NCBI GenBank assembly: GCA_964035545.1
Contig: OZ037766.1
Span: 16,544,722 to 16,608,721, forward strand
Direction of reading: 5' to 3'
DNA from: Bugula neritina
Lineage: Eukaryota; Animalia; Bryozoa
Length of the DNA stretch: 64,000 bases
Both the position numbers and the translations under genes were made by a program. The number at the start of each line of letters is the position of its first letter. Position 1 is the stretch's first letter. Shown one piece after another: positions 12,322 to 23,008 of the stretch. Below the pieces are notes generated by a model. It was not told where the DNA came from and did no database searches. It saw only the letters and a program-made list of their open reading frames with translations.

Positions 12322-13200
12322 GATGTCGACAATGAAAAATTTGAATGATATACGTTGCGTCTTTCGACTAGTTCAACAATCAAAATGACTAAAAGTTCAG
12401 TCTATATCTGTCTCTTTATGAAGTAAGCTGATCATTTTACAGCATCGATCAAACAGTTTTCAGATATACTCGTTGATAGTATATAATTGTTGATATAAAC
12501 ATGTATTCTGAAACACATTCACTCTCTGATAAGACATCTCTGACTATTGTTGTGAATGAGATTGTCTCTCCAACCTACACTCTTACTGAGTAAGTTTGCT
12601 TGTAGTTGTGTTTTAAGACTTGAAGTAGAAAAGTTTATACTTTTATAATATCAATATGTTGTCTTCTATAATTATATAATTGTTAGATTAATATTCATAG
12701 TACTTTTTATAGAAGATAAAATATATAAACGTTCATCCTAGACTGATACTTTTTACTCGATGCAATATGTTTAAATAATTAAAAAGTTGCTAATTGTTAC
12801 GTAGCGCTATACGTAATGCAGTGCACATTGTAGTAGAAAACATGTAGCAGAGAATACAATTCCAAATTATACTTGTTCTACCTTCTTGAGCTCTCTCAGT
12901 GATTGGAGCATAATTTTGTGATACAGTTTATGTGGATTGAAGGCATGAATTATGCATGTATTGCCATAAGATCAATTTTATTATATGCACAGAAGTCAAT
13001 GTGACAATTAAAAAACATATTTTCAGAAATCTAGATGAAGTTACAGTAATGAAAGTCTTTATCAAAAAAGTGAAAAGTGCTATTGGTAGAGATGGATTAG
13101 ATGATGGAGAATGTGTGTTTGAGAAAGTGAGAGACCATTGTATAACGTTGAAAGATATTGAAGAGAAAAATGATGAAACTGTGCCTTTACAGTTAGTAGC
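12322..13200 (+). repeat. Unclassified ~0.9-kb dispersed repeat, copy 1
   Basis: Aligns by eye with the reverse complement of ~54580-55501 (e.g. ACAATCAAAATGACTAAAAG; CTCTGATAAGACATCTCTGACTA; TTCAGAAATCTAGATGAAGTTACAG). Confidence 0.85.
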
Positions 13201-13461
13201 AAGAAAACAATCTTCAAATCTACATTCTATTATATTATGGGAATACAGCATCTGCTGATTGAAGGTTTTTTCTGTACTAGAATAATGTTGTGACCAAGAA
13301 TATATTGTTCTCATCACAGCTTGCACATGCGACTTTTTGTACAAAGAAAAGACAACTCATAGAAACAAATTGACTTCACTTGCACAATATTATTATGCCT
13401 TATGTATTATTGTCTAATTTTAGTATTATAATAATAATTAACTTGACTTAACAATTTTTCA

Positions 13462-13464
<3 letters not shown>

Positions 13465-13500
<36 letters not shown>
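13465..13500. repeat. (AT)n microsatellite
   Basis: Perfect AT run. Confidence 0.95.
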
Positions 13501-13501
<1 letters not shown>

Positions 13502-13644
13502 TGTTTGCCTTGAACAATTCTGTTAATATCTGGTTTCGTATCAGAACATATAACCCTTAGTTGCTGGACTAAGTGCTGACTAGTGAGTGAAGTGTGATAT
13601 TTATTTTTGTGTATTTCATTTGACTGAAAATTGAAAGTTCAAAG

Positions 13645-16253
13645 TTTAATGTTAGTGTATTATATGATAGGAGCAGCAAGGGAATGTCTTTGTAGTTTGT
13701 CACATAGATCTAGACTGATTTATTATTGAACTTCATAAGTGTACATAAACATAGCAAATCATATATCCTGTTGCTGACCTGACACGACTCTTGCAACAGG
13801 GTTAAAATAACAGCACAGATGACAAAACAGGTTTCTTGTTCTGATTCACTAATTACTACAACATTACATCCCTTATGTATTTCAAAGAAAAGATACTATG
13901 TATATGTAAAACTGATTACAATAGTTTAACTGTTTACACTATGTAGCAACAAAATATAACATAAAATCTTCTGTGCCTCTGCTCTACTATGTATTAATAA
14001 CTTTATAAATCTGCTAACTAATAATAAATGCAGGCACACAAATAAAATCTGGGAACACCTAGAGGGGTAGCCTTTTCATTAAACTTTAATTTTAGTTAGC
14101 CAGTTTGCGCGCCCAGTGCGTGAACTACATAATCACCGTATCTATCTGGTGGTTTACGGAGAGGTGGGTCAGGTTTAGCAACTGACATACAATCAATGCA
14201 TTGCCTACAATGTAATTCAGCTTGTTTATCAATTTCTGGCCACCATACCTTGGACCCCAATCTCTGTTTAGCTTTCACCATACCCTGATGACTTTCATGT
14301 GCTAATTGGATCAAGTGGTTGCGGAAACACACTGGCACAACAATTTTATCATTTCTTAGCACTACGTTTTGCACCTCACTAAGTTCACCTGACACTGCCT
14401 TATAGCCTATGCTACAACTGCTGAAGTCATTATCCTGTATTGCGTTACCCAACTGCTGAATTTCGGCGCACTGCTTAGACTTAGCTACAACATCACCCCA
14501 ACTAAGTGCTATTGGCAAAGACTCTTTGGCAACTGACTCCACAACACTATCACCTACAACGGTATCTATTAATGGCACATAATCTAACCTAGTTGCCATT
14601 CTTGACAATGGGTCAGCATCATTTTCCACCAAACTATCTAATTTAACTTCATTCTGTGAACCTACTGACTGCGCTACTGGCTGAGTATTTTCATCAATGT
14701 GAAACTTGGCGGTGTACCCCCTAAGTTTTCCCAGGCCTTGAAAAACTTCTGGAAAACTGTTCGTAACTTCTTTTGGTGCCTCAGGTAAAACACTGCACAC
14801 AACATTATCACTACATGATATCAGAGAAAGACTGGTGGCAGTTTTAAAACTGAGCAAACACTTTGCCACACCGTTAAACACATAAAATTCAGCCTTCGCA
14901 TGCTTGCTGTTACAATAAACATCTGCACAAAACTTGCCCAAAATATCTAGTTGCTTTACACTACCATAGGCAAGTAAACCGTGTTGGTCTACACTTTCAA
15001 GAGTTATCTGGCCTGTTTGCTTTAACTTGTTGTATGTTTCAATATCTATGATATTTGTACAAGCACCAGTGTCTATAATAAATTGTACGGTCTCACCCAT
15101 TATAGAGAGCTTGCATTTTGGTATCTGCGTACTAATTCGTTGTACCGTGAACAAGTAGCTGGAATCATCTTTCCATACTGTGTGTGCTTCAGAGGGGTTT
15201 TCAACAGTGTTCACATTTTCTTTAAATGAATTTTCTTTACAAAATCGTGAGCCAGCATAATGTCCTTTCTTCTTACAATCGTTGCAGCTCCGGCTGATAG
15301 CTGGGCATTCTTTACTGTAGCTCATATGTCCAAACTTGCTACAGCGAAAACACTTCTGATTTGGCTTGACTTTTGATCGAGCATGTGAGACAGCTCCAAC
15401 TGTCTCCGGTTGATCATTATTAGAAAACTTGTCAATGTTCTCATGAACTTCCACCTGAAGGGCTACCTTTATAACTTCCTTCAAGTCATTCTGTTGCTCT
15501 GTGGCCATAGCAGCAACACGATCTCGAACAGCTTTGCTATTTACACCAATGCGGAACTGTTCAAGCAAGTTTTCATCTAACATTGTACCAAACTCACATG
15601 TTCTAGCCTGCGTCCGTAAACGAACCACATAATCGGTTACACTCTCGCTATCTGTCCTCCTCACCCCACGAAACTTGGCCCTCTCAACCATCTTGTTGGT
15701 AGCCGTACCGAAGTGAGACTCTAACAATGTCACCAAGTCATTGTAATTCTTCTCCTTTGGCTTCTGTGGAGATGTGAGACTTGACAGGGTCTCATATTGA
15801 GCTTCCGAGAGTCCCATAATAAGAACATGCTTTTTCTTGCCTTCGGCGGTGCCGTGAAACTCAAAGTAACTTTCTAACCTTTCCACATAAGTCTCAATTT
15901 TACCACCAAACACTGGCACACTGCTACCACTACCAGTAGCCATTTTGATACTACGAACCTTGTCTAGAAACTACAATCCCCTTCCGAAAGAGCATCAAAT
16001 AATCCTCCTTTATTATCCTCGTCGCCAATTTTAATGTTAGTGTATTATATGATAGGAGCAGCAAGGGAATGTCTTTGTAGTTTGTCACATAGATCTAGAC
16101 TGATTTATTATTGAACTTCATAAGTGTACATAAACATAGCAAATCATATATCCTGTTGCTGACCTGACACGACTCTTGCAACAGGGTTAAAATAACAGCA
16201 CAGATGACAAAACAGGTTTCTTGTTCTGATTCACTAATTACTACAACATTACA
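13645..16253 (-). mobile_element. Non-autonomous, internally deleted Gypsy (Mag-like) LTR retrotransposon, 2.6 kb
   Basis: 224-bp LTRs at 13645-13868 and 16030-16253, identical by eye. TSD CAAAG (13640-13644 / 16254-16258). PBS TGGCGACGAGGAT at 16027-16015. Short PPT AAGGGA next to the 3' LTR. Confidence 0.95.
14096..15943 (-). CDS. Gag-protease-integrase zinc-finger fusion (615 aa) lacking RT, RNase H and integrase core
   Basis: Gag with two CCHC knuckles (CFRCSKFGH...C; CNDCKKKGH...C), protease IDTGA, RNase H end ADPLSR, HHCC (HESH...CIDC), tail RKPPDRYGDYV. No YxDD and no DDE core. Confidence 0.9.
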   Translation of the reverse strand: MATGSGSSVPVFGGKIETYVERLESYFEFHGTAEGKKKHVLIMGLSEAQYETLSSLTSPQKPKEKNYNDLVTLLESHFGTATNKMVERAKFRGVRRTDSESVTDYVVRLRTQARTCEFGTMLDENLLEQFRIGVNSKAVRDRVAAMATEQQNDLKEVIKVALQVEVHENIDKFSNNDQPETVGAVSHARSKVKPNQKCFRCSKFGHMSYSKECPAISRSCNDCKKKGHYAGSRFCKENSFKENVNTVENPSEAHTVWKDDSSYLFTVQRISTQIPKCKLSIMGETVQFIIDTGACTNIIDIETYNKLKQTGQITLESVDQHGLLAYGSVKQLDILGKFCADVYCNSKHAKAEFYVFNGVAKCLLSFKTATSLSLISCSDNVVCSVLPEAPKEVTNSFPEVFQGLGKLRGYTAKFHIDENTQPVAQSVGSQNEVKLDSLVENDADPLSRMATRLDYVPLIDTVVGDSVVESVAKESLPIALSWGDVVAKSKQCAEIQQLGNAIQDNDFSSCSIGYKAVSGELSEVQNVVLRNDKIVVPVCFRNHLIQLAHESHQGMVKAKQRLGSKVWWPEIDKQAELHCRQCIDCMSVAKPDPPLRKPPDRYGDYVVHALGAQTG

Positions 16254-16903
16254 CAAAGTTCAAACCATCTCAGTGATAATGCTGCGCAGTGCAGCATCTA
16301 ACGAGCAGTCAAAGGTCAAGGTGATCACAAATCCCAAATCATTTTGTGTACATACTCACACAAAATTCATTATAAAACAAAATTGTTAAGGCATCTAACC
16401 TTAAAACAGTATGTAAATGAAAACTAACACATACACAATAATATTTTAGTACTGCATAAGTGAAGTGTGCCAGGGATTCTTCAACCACTTATCTTTCACA
16501 ATATAAAAGCAATGACTTCTAGATTTTATATAAATTGTGGATTTATACACTGGAAATGGTATATTTCTGTAGTAAGCACCGTGCATCACTTCACACTTCA
16601 GTGAACGCGTAGAGATGAGCATTATAATATTATAATATAGGCGTCTACATTACTATAAGTCACAGGCTTGCTAGCTAACAGACTTATTAATGACTAGCTT
16701 GCTGTTATTGGTTGTAGTTTGATTTCAGGCTAAACAATGACAAGTAGGCAACGCGCATGCCACCCACAAAGCAGTATTGTAGAAGAACTTAAACTACATT
16801 TTAATAGAAATTCTTAGTGGGATGCTTTCAACTATCCCATGTGCTGCTGTTTCAGGCTAGTTAGCAAATTTGATGAACAAAAATTTGTAACTTGCTATAC
16901 CTT

Positions 16904-16982
16904 GGGGGGGGGGGGGGGGGGGGGGCACACATATATAGCTGGAGGGCCGAATCCGGCCCCGGCCGCCTGTTGGACACCCCTG
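16904..16982. mobile_element. hAT-like MITE end remnant with G22 tract
   Basis: TTGGACACCCCTG (reverse complement of a CAGGGGTGTCCAA-type TIR) followed by CTCTATAG. Poly-G at 16904-16925. The other end was not found. Confidence 0.45.
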
Positions 16983-18448
16983 CTCTATAGTTTACGGTAG
17001 GCACATCTTATCCTTGAAGCTCAAAACCTTGAGCCTTGAGGTCAAACTGAAAACCTCAAAGAAAAATTAATACAAATATTTTTGTCAGGGTCTCAATGAC
17101 ATTGTTCGTACCGACTTTCAACCTACTACTTCAATTTATATAGTCTATCAAAGTTCATTGCTAAATGTGATATTACACCCATGGCCATTGACAAGCAGAA
17201 AATATATCTGCTGCTGTACTATTACTATTACTATTAGTATTAGTACTATTGTCTATTAGTATTACTATTAGTATTAGTATTACTATTAGTATTAGTATTA
17301 CTTAATACTGTTACTATTAGTATTATTATTAGATAATCATAATGTAAATGATAATCGTAATCAGAATGTGAGTGAGTTTTACATAACACTCAAACTTTAA
17401 AGTTAACAGTCAACCGCAAACACTAACTCTAAATCTAACCCTCTCACAGTTAGTGTTACAATAAACATTAAACACTCAAACATGAAACAACTAACAAGCC
17501 ATCTGAATCTCAAATTCAAAGTGAACTGTGAGTGTCGGGGTGAAACTTCGAGTGAGAGCAAAATGAAAAATAGAAAGCTATTAGTATTTAAGTATTTGTA
17601 TTAAAATTTAAAATATTGAACGTTTAATGATTTATAATTTATTCATCATTATTATCATTATGATTCTGAATAACTATAACTATAAGAATACTACTAATGG
17701 TAATGAAGTTAATAATAAATATTATAATAATCATTATGATTATCAAGTTTTTACTATGAGAATTGCCCTTAGCCAACTAGTTATTGCTTAAATTTGAAAA
17801 ACTAAAAGCAACTATAATGAATTTTTATGATCACTATTATTATGATAATCTTAATAGCAGATAATCATTGTTCCAGAATAGTATTTAGCTACTACAAAAA
17901 CAAAATTTTCTTTAGTTAGTTGAATGTGAAGGCAATATCATACTTTGAGATATAAAAATAAAAAGCAGTAGCAGGTAATTGTGTTAGTAATTCAGTAATT
18001 GATAGTGATAGTGGGGTTACCTATAAATAATACCAAGAACAGAGTAATAAACAATAAAAAGTTATGAATGCATAAATATCATTTTGATGATCTTAATATA
18101 GACTAAGATATATAGTAAAACAGTTTTTTCCAACTTATGTTAATCATTTTGATAGTTTATACATTTACACATATTCTTATTACTGTTATTTAAAATTGTA
18201 TAAATAGCTTTAATACCAAATAAGATTTTAGTTCGATTAATAATAATGATATTTTGGTTGAAAGGGTATCATAATTGTTGAAGTTTTGAACTTTGCCAAA
18301 CAGGGCAAATAACTATTGAGGACCTTCAAGTTCATTTGATATAAAATATCCCAACATCAAATTGGTTTAATTTGTTACAATAAAGTAATTAAACTGTACA
18401 ACTAGCATTCAATTGGTGTAGGGTTTTTTTGCAGAAACTCAACAAATC

Positions 18449-21219
18449 ATGTTTTCGGTACCAAAGTTGAATGTATTTGATAGAATAATTCTTGCGAGTG
18501 GATCCCCACGGCGAAAAGAAATCCTTGAAAATAAGGGGGTATGTTATAAAGTTTTGCTATACTATGAATTTCGAAATTACATATACGCAACAAGTTTCCA
18601 TGATCTCTCAGCTAAGCATGCCCATTGTCTTTGCTGATTTATTGATAAGTTTTCAATAGAAAACTGTTGTTGCTTGTTGAACAAATAATTGACTGCACTT
18701 AAAAAATAGTTTGATGCCGTTTCGTCTTGAAACTTGAACTGAATTTTGAACATGGTAAAAACTGAAACAGTTAGTGAGTGCCGAGTGGTTGTGATAGATG
18801 AAAGTTGTATTTAAGATGACTTTTAACTAGGGTTTATTGCAACTCAATGTATTGCTCAAGCACAATAGATGTAACATAGGAAATAGATCTGTCAATCTCA
18901 ATGCACATGTATTAGCACAACTTACTTTGTAAGTCCCTGTAGACAAATTTGACATATTATTAGCTTTTGGAAAAAAATTTATTAAAATGCATTGTTGTAA
19001 TTTAATGCTTTACTTGTGCAGTTGCCAGTGCATTACGAACTAAACATTGAATTCACATATGTCAAGTTCAAGGCGTTTTGTTCTACCTATTTGTTCACCT
19101 GTGTGCTTGATATAACTTTGCTTGCTGTGACATTAAAGACTCTCTGACACACTTCACTTATGCAGTACTAAAATATTCTTATATATGTTAGTTTTTATTT
19201 GCATACTGTTTCAAGGTTGGATGCCTAAACAATTTTGTTTTATAATGAATTTTGTGCGCTAATGCACTGAGATGCATTAGGATTTCTCATCGCATGGAAA
19301 TGAAATTTTCGTCGGCTTTGACTTTACCAGTACTATAAAACTTATACTAATTATGGCTAACTTTGATTGCATGCTATTGTTAGCTGTTGCACTGCACAGC
19401 ATAATCATTGATATGGCTTGAAAGTTAAAACTTTGAACTTACAAATATAAAAGAAATTGTGGCCTAATTTTTCTTGTTTTTTTTTTATAAAATAAACTGT
19501 TTTGGTCTATTATTTCTTTGGTATTCACTATTGTTGCAAATCTATATTTTATGTAGAGTCATTAACATCTGGCTACTTATATTATTATTTAGACATTGAC
19601 AACTGTAACATTTGTTAGGATATCCAATGTAAATACATGTGCTTTGTAAATATAGGGTCTTTCAAATCTCATCATATCTCCGTCAACATATGAGGAAGAA
19701 AATAAAGGACTGGTTGATAAACTGGATGTTTACAAGTATATTACAGACATAGCAGTGGGTAAAGTCAAACAGGTAAAATTATTTACTGTATGCTATATAT
19801 AATGTACTAACCCTGGATAACTGTTGTTGTATGATGTTTATTTTAAACGAGCCAGGTTCAACTAATGCAATGATTCTTTGAATAAATTTGCCAGCTAGTA
19901 TAAGAATTAAAATTTTATTTTAGGTAGCTTTGTTGGACAAATCCAAAATGGATGGGATAGTGCACACAAAAACTTTGTATATCGGTGCTGATACTATTGT
20001 GTTTCACAAAGGAAAAATATTAGAAAAGCCTAAAGATAAGAAAGATGCTCTGTCAATGTTGAAAGAGTAAGCATGGCATTTAGAGAAAATTTTTGTCATT
20101 TTAGCATCTTGCAAATGTAATTGTCTAAATCTATATTATTTTTATGCTAATAGCTAGATTGCTTATATTTTTGATATTTTTGCAAAATTGCTTTAAATTT
20201 AAGATTTATAATTAAAGGTTATCAATGTTAATGCAACATATTAGGAAATAATTTACACATTGTTTTCTAGAGAAAATAGATTATATTGTGTTTAGAAGTT
20301 TCATAGTAAAATAAAAGTCATGCATGTCTCTAGGTAGGTAATGTGATTGACTGATTTCTCGTTGCCTATGATAGATAGAGGAGTTTTAAATTGCTATTAA
20401 AATGGAAGTAATGCTAGAACTGCACACCTGAAAAGCAGCCAAATTTATTATGCTTACTCATGTGCAGCACTGTCTACTTACTAATATTTGATAATTTGGC
20501 AGTTCTAAGAAACCGATTAAAGCATTTAAAATGTTTTTAATGTTTTGCCCAATCATTTAGAAAAAAAATTTGAGTTACAAAATTTGAATAGCATATTTGT
20601 TTTGTGTAGATTGAATTTATATTAAATCAAAGCAGCATTGGAGGTATATTTTTTCTATAAGATGCTGTTGAATTAAATGTCTTGTGTTGTAATTTAATGT
20701 TGGTCAATGCCTATGCACTAGCACTGCTATCTATTTGTAGATTCAGGAGAGATGTAGATCATCAAGTGTGTTCTGCAGTAATTCTACTCGTATTCAATGA
20801 AAAAAACTGGACTTCGCATGATCAGTTTGAAATTCATTCATTTCATGAAACTACTGATGTTAAATTTACTTCTGGTTTGAGTGATGAGATTTTAGAGCAT
20901 TATGTTGAAACTGGAGAACCGATGTAGGCTACATTCTACATCATAGCAAAAAATTTTATGATTCTTATTGCAAACATAGTAACATGTGAAGTTATTGAAA
21001 TAATGGTCTTACGGTTATTAATAACATGTAATAGCAGAGCTATTTTCCGATGTTTTTAGGGACAAAGCTGGTGGCTATGGTATTCAAGGACTGGGGGCAC
21101 AGTTAATTGAGAGCATACATGGCGACTACTACAACGTGATGGGATTCCCCTTGTATAGATTCTGTCAAGAACTAAACATGTTTATTGAGACTTTGCAGTG
21201 TAAATCTTTATTCCTGTGA
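18449..21219 (+). CDS. Maf-like nucleoside triphosphate pyrophosphatase (YhdE/ASMTL-Maf type, dTTP/UTP), 5 exons
   Basis: Exons 18449-18538, 19656-19772, 19924-20066, 20741-20923, 21060-21219, all phase-compatible. Motifs [50 protein letters not shown]. Confidence 0.92.
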
Positions 21220-23008
21220 CCAGACTCATGAGTTTTATGGAACTTGCTGTTGAAACCTTTTTTTATACTGTAATTATCTTGTACAGCACATCTAGTAAGA
21301 AAGAGGATATTTTTTAACACAATTCCTGATAATGAATGTAATTACTGGCAGTAAAGCCATATGTAAATTTACCTCGAGTTCTTATCCCGTTTCATGTATA
21401 TTATTTTAAAATTTCCACCAAACTGCTAACAATATCAAGTGACAAAAACTCCTTTGAATTTTCTAGTATTTCCAAGATGATTGTCATAATTTTTTATTGG
21501 AAGGCATTGTTTTATTAAGCTGCAATGCTGGCCTAAAGCATGTGGTAATGATCTTCATAAGTATTGGCATTTTTTCAAAACAACCAAAGAGAAAGCGAAT
21601 TTGTGCAGTGTGATTGTACATGGTCGATAGTGCAATATGAGAGTGAGGGTAGGGAGTGGAGAGAGAAGATTCAAAATATTTTCAGTCTGTAGCTGCTATT
21701 GGTTTTAGGTTAAGGTCTGTGAAATGACTTTCAACTGGTTTTCATTTGCTGACCTATCTATAGGTAAAACTTGAAAAGCTACTGCAAAATACATAGAAAT
21801 ATACATTACAAAATAGAAGCTGATTTCCCCACGAAGCAAAATACCATAATTCAAAAGCAACTATAGTGAAAAATTAAATTTGGAACTGTCAAGCAAGGAC
21901 ATTACAAAGCTGTTCATACAATCTAATAAATTATTTTGTGCTATTCCATTCAATTATAATGAAGTAAATGCTAAATAAAATGCGCACCCACATACAGGTA
22001 AAAGAAGCTGCGCATGCTTGACTAAATAAATTAATTTGTATTATTAAACATTACGGATTACAATATTGATAAGTATTTGTGCTTTGTATCAAAATTTAAA
22101 CTTAATTAAAAGCACTGGTTTTTAACATCTGGAATAGAAAAACAAAAATAACTCAGATATTGTAGTGATTTATTATGACTCCCATCATTCAAATTTATTT
22201 TGCATCATTAGAAATACCCTCACCAATATTAGTTGTTTCAAAGTAATTAAACGCTATATGAAAAAAACTTAAAGAATGCTATAAATTATTGTCAATATGA
22301 GTTAGCTGATGGTCATTACTTGAATGACTGACTTGGCAAGTTTTTATTACACAATCCGAGTTACAAAATAACAATGGAGAGCAAATTAGGAATGTTCTAG
22401 ATTATTTCTGTTGAAAATGAAATAATTAGTCTGTTGCTTAAATGTCTGAACTTTATATAACCTGAAAAAAAACTTTATAGCTTTAAATTAAAAATTCAAT
22501 ACAATAGAGCACCAGCAGTTTCACATCAAGTTGCAACTAAAAGTAATTATAAATTATAATAAAAGTATAAAAACCCATTTAATTCATGAGATTCTACTTC
22601 CTTACAAGATGCATTACTTTGAAACTTACACCATGGAATGTCAGAAAAATATAATAATGTGCAGAAAAAAATATTATTCAAAGTGTTTATATCTTTAATA
22701 GATGAAGTGGACATACCTACATGACAACTATAAATATATAAAAAAATAGATAAACCTAAACCATTTACAGATATTACATAAATCTCAAAAGATATGGATC
22801 AGAGTACAATAAAAAAAAACTATATTCTACGGTTGATATTGGCCTGCCAACTAATTTCCACATTACAAACTAGTAAATATACAAATATGAAAGAATTTCT
22901 GTAAATAAAAGTACAATACAGTAGACAATGAGAGCAAAGCACTGTAAAAATGTCTTAAGAAATGCAAATATGCATTTTTTTCAAATTGGGGAAAAACAAA
23001 AATATCAA

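Noticed and set aside
18449-21219. Maf as a recent bacterial horizontal transfer
   Set aside because: It has four spliceosomal introns and host-like composition, and Maf domains are widespread in eukaryotes.
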